NCBI GenBank assembly: GCA_005798445.1
Contig: SYJG01000071.1
Span: 3,452 to 67,451, forward strand
Length of the DNA stretch: 64,000 bases
From: Planctomyces sp.
GTDB lineage: Bacteria; Planctomycetota; Planctomycetia; Planctomycetales; Planctomycetaceae
Direction of reading: 5' to 3'
A program made the position numbers and the translations under genes. The notes beneath the pieces were generated by a model, which was not told the origin of the DNA, ran no database searches, and saw nothing but the letters and a program-made list of their open reading frames with translations. Of the stretch, positions 63,994-64,000 are shown one piece after another; the stretch's first letter is position 1; every line of letters starts with the position of its first letter.

Positions 63994-64000
63994 GAAACCA

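Overview
64 kb, moderately GC-rich. The gene content (an RTX / FG-GAP / ELWxxDG / delta-60 mega-protein) resembles Planctomycetota, but that is inference only. The window has two parts.

(1) Bases 1-31.5 kb are an accessory, mobile-DNA-rich region transcribed almost entirely on the minus strand. It contains:
- An XRE regulator, a NucS-like PD-(D/E)XK protein and a beta-CASP MBL nuclease at the left edge.
- An agmatine-deiminase-family gene.
- A complete IS21-family element (5964-8492) with 32-bp perfect terminal inverted repeats and a 5-bp GCACA target duplication. It splits the signal peptide of a small lipoprotein gene.
- A co-oriented block (8.6-18.4 kb): a WYL regulator translationally coupled to a miniaturised DnaE-like protein that appears catalytically dead, a Cas4-like Fe-S nuclease coupled to a second PD-(D/E)XK protein, a DUF932 protein, and a DnaX-like (clamp-loader type) AAA+ ATPase coupled to an unknown partner.
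- Two type II TA cassettes (DUF1778/GNAT and HigBA), each followed by a 40-57 bp remnant of the 3' end of a DDE (rve) transposase gene.
- Two diverged full copies of that transposase bracketing a plasmid-like module: TPR protein, ~1000-aa TPR/DUF4116-like protein, iteron-like repeats, RPA-type replication initiator, HTH protein.

(2) Bases 31561-63993 are one uninterrupted minus-strand ORF of at least 10,810 codons, still open at the right window edge. It encodes a mosaic adhesin-like mega-protein with RTX, FG-GAP/VCBS, a NIDO-like module, a 7x47-aa propeller array, LRR, delta-60, LamG, 18 ELWxxDG repeats, PKD and cadherin-like modules.

I found no rRNA, tRNA or CRISPR array. All family assignments come from motif recognition by eye. 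No database search was run.
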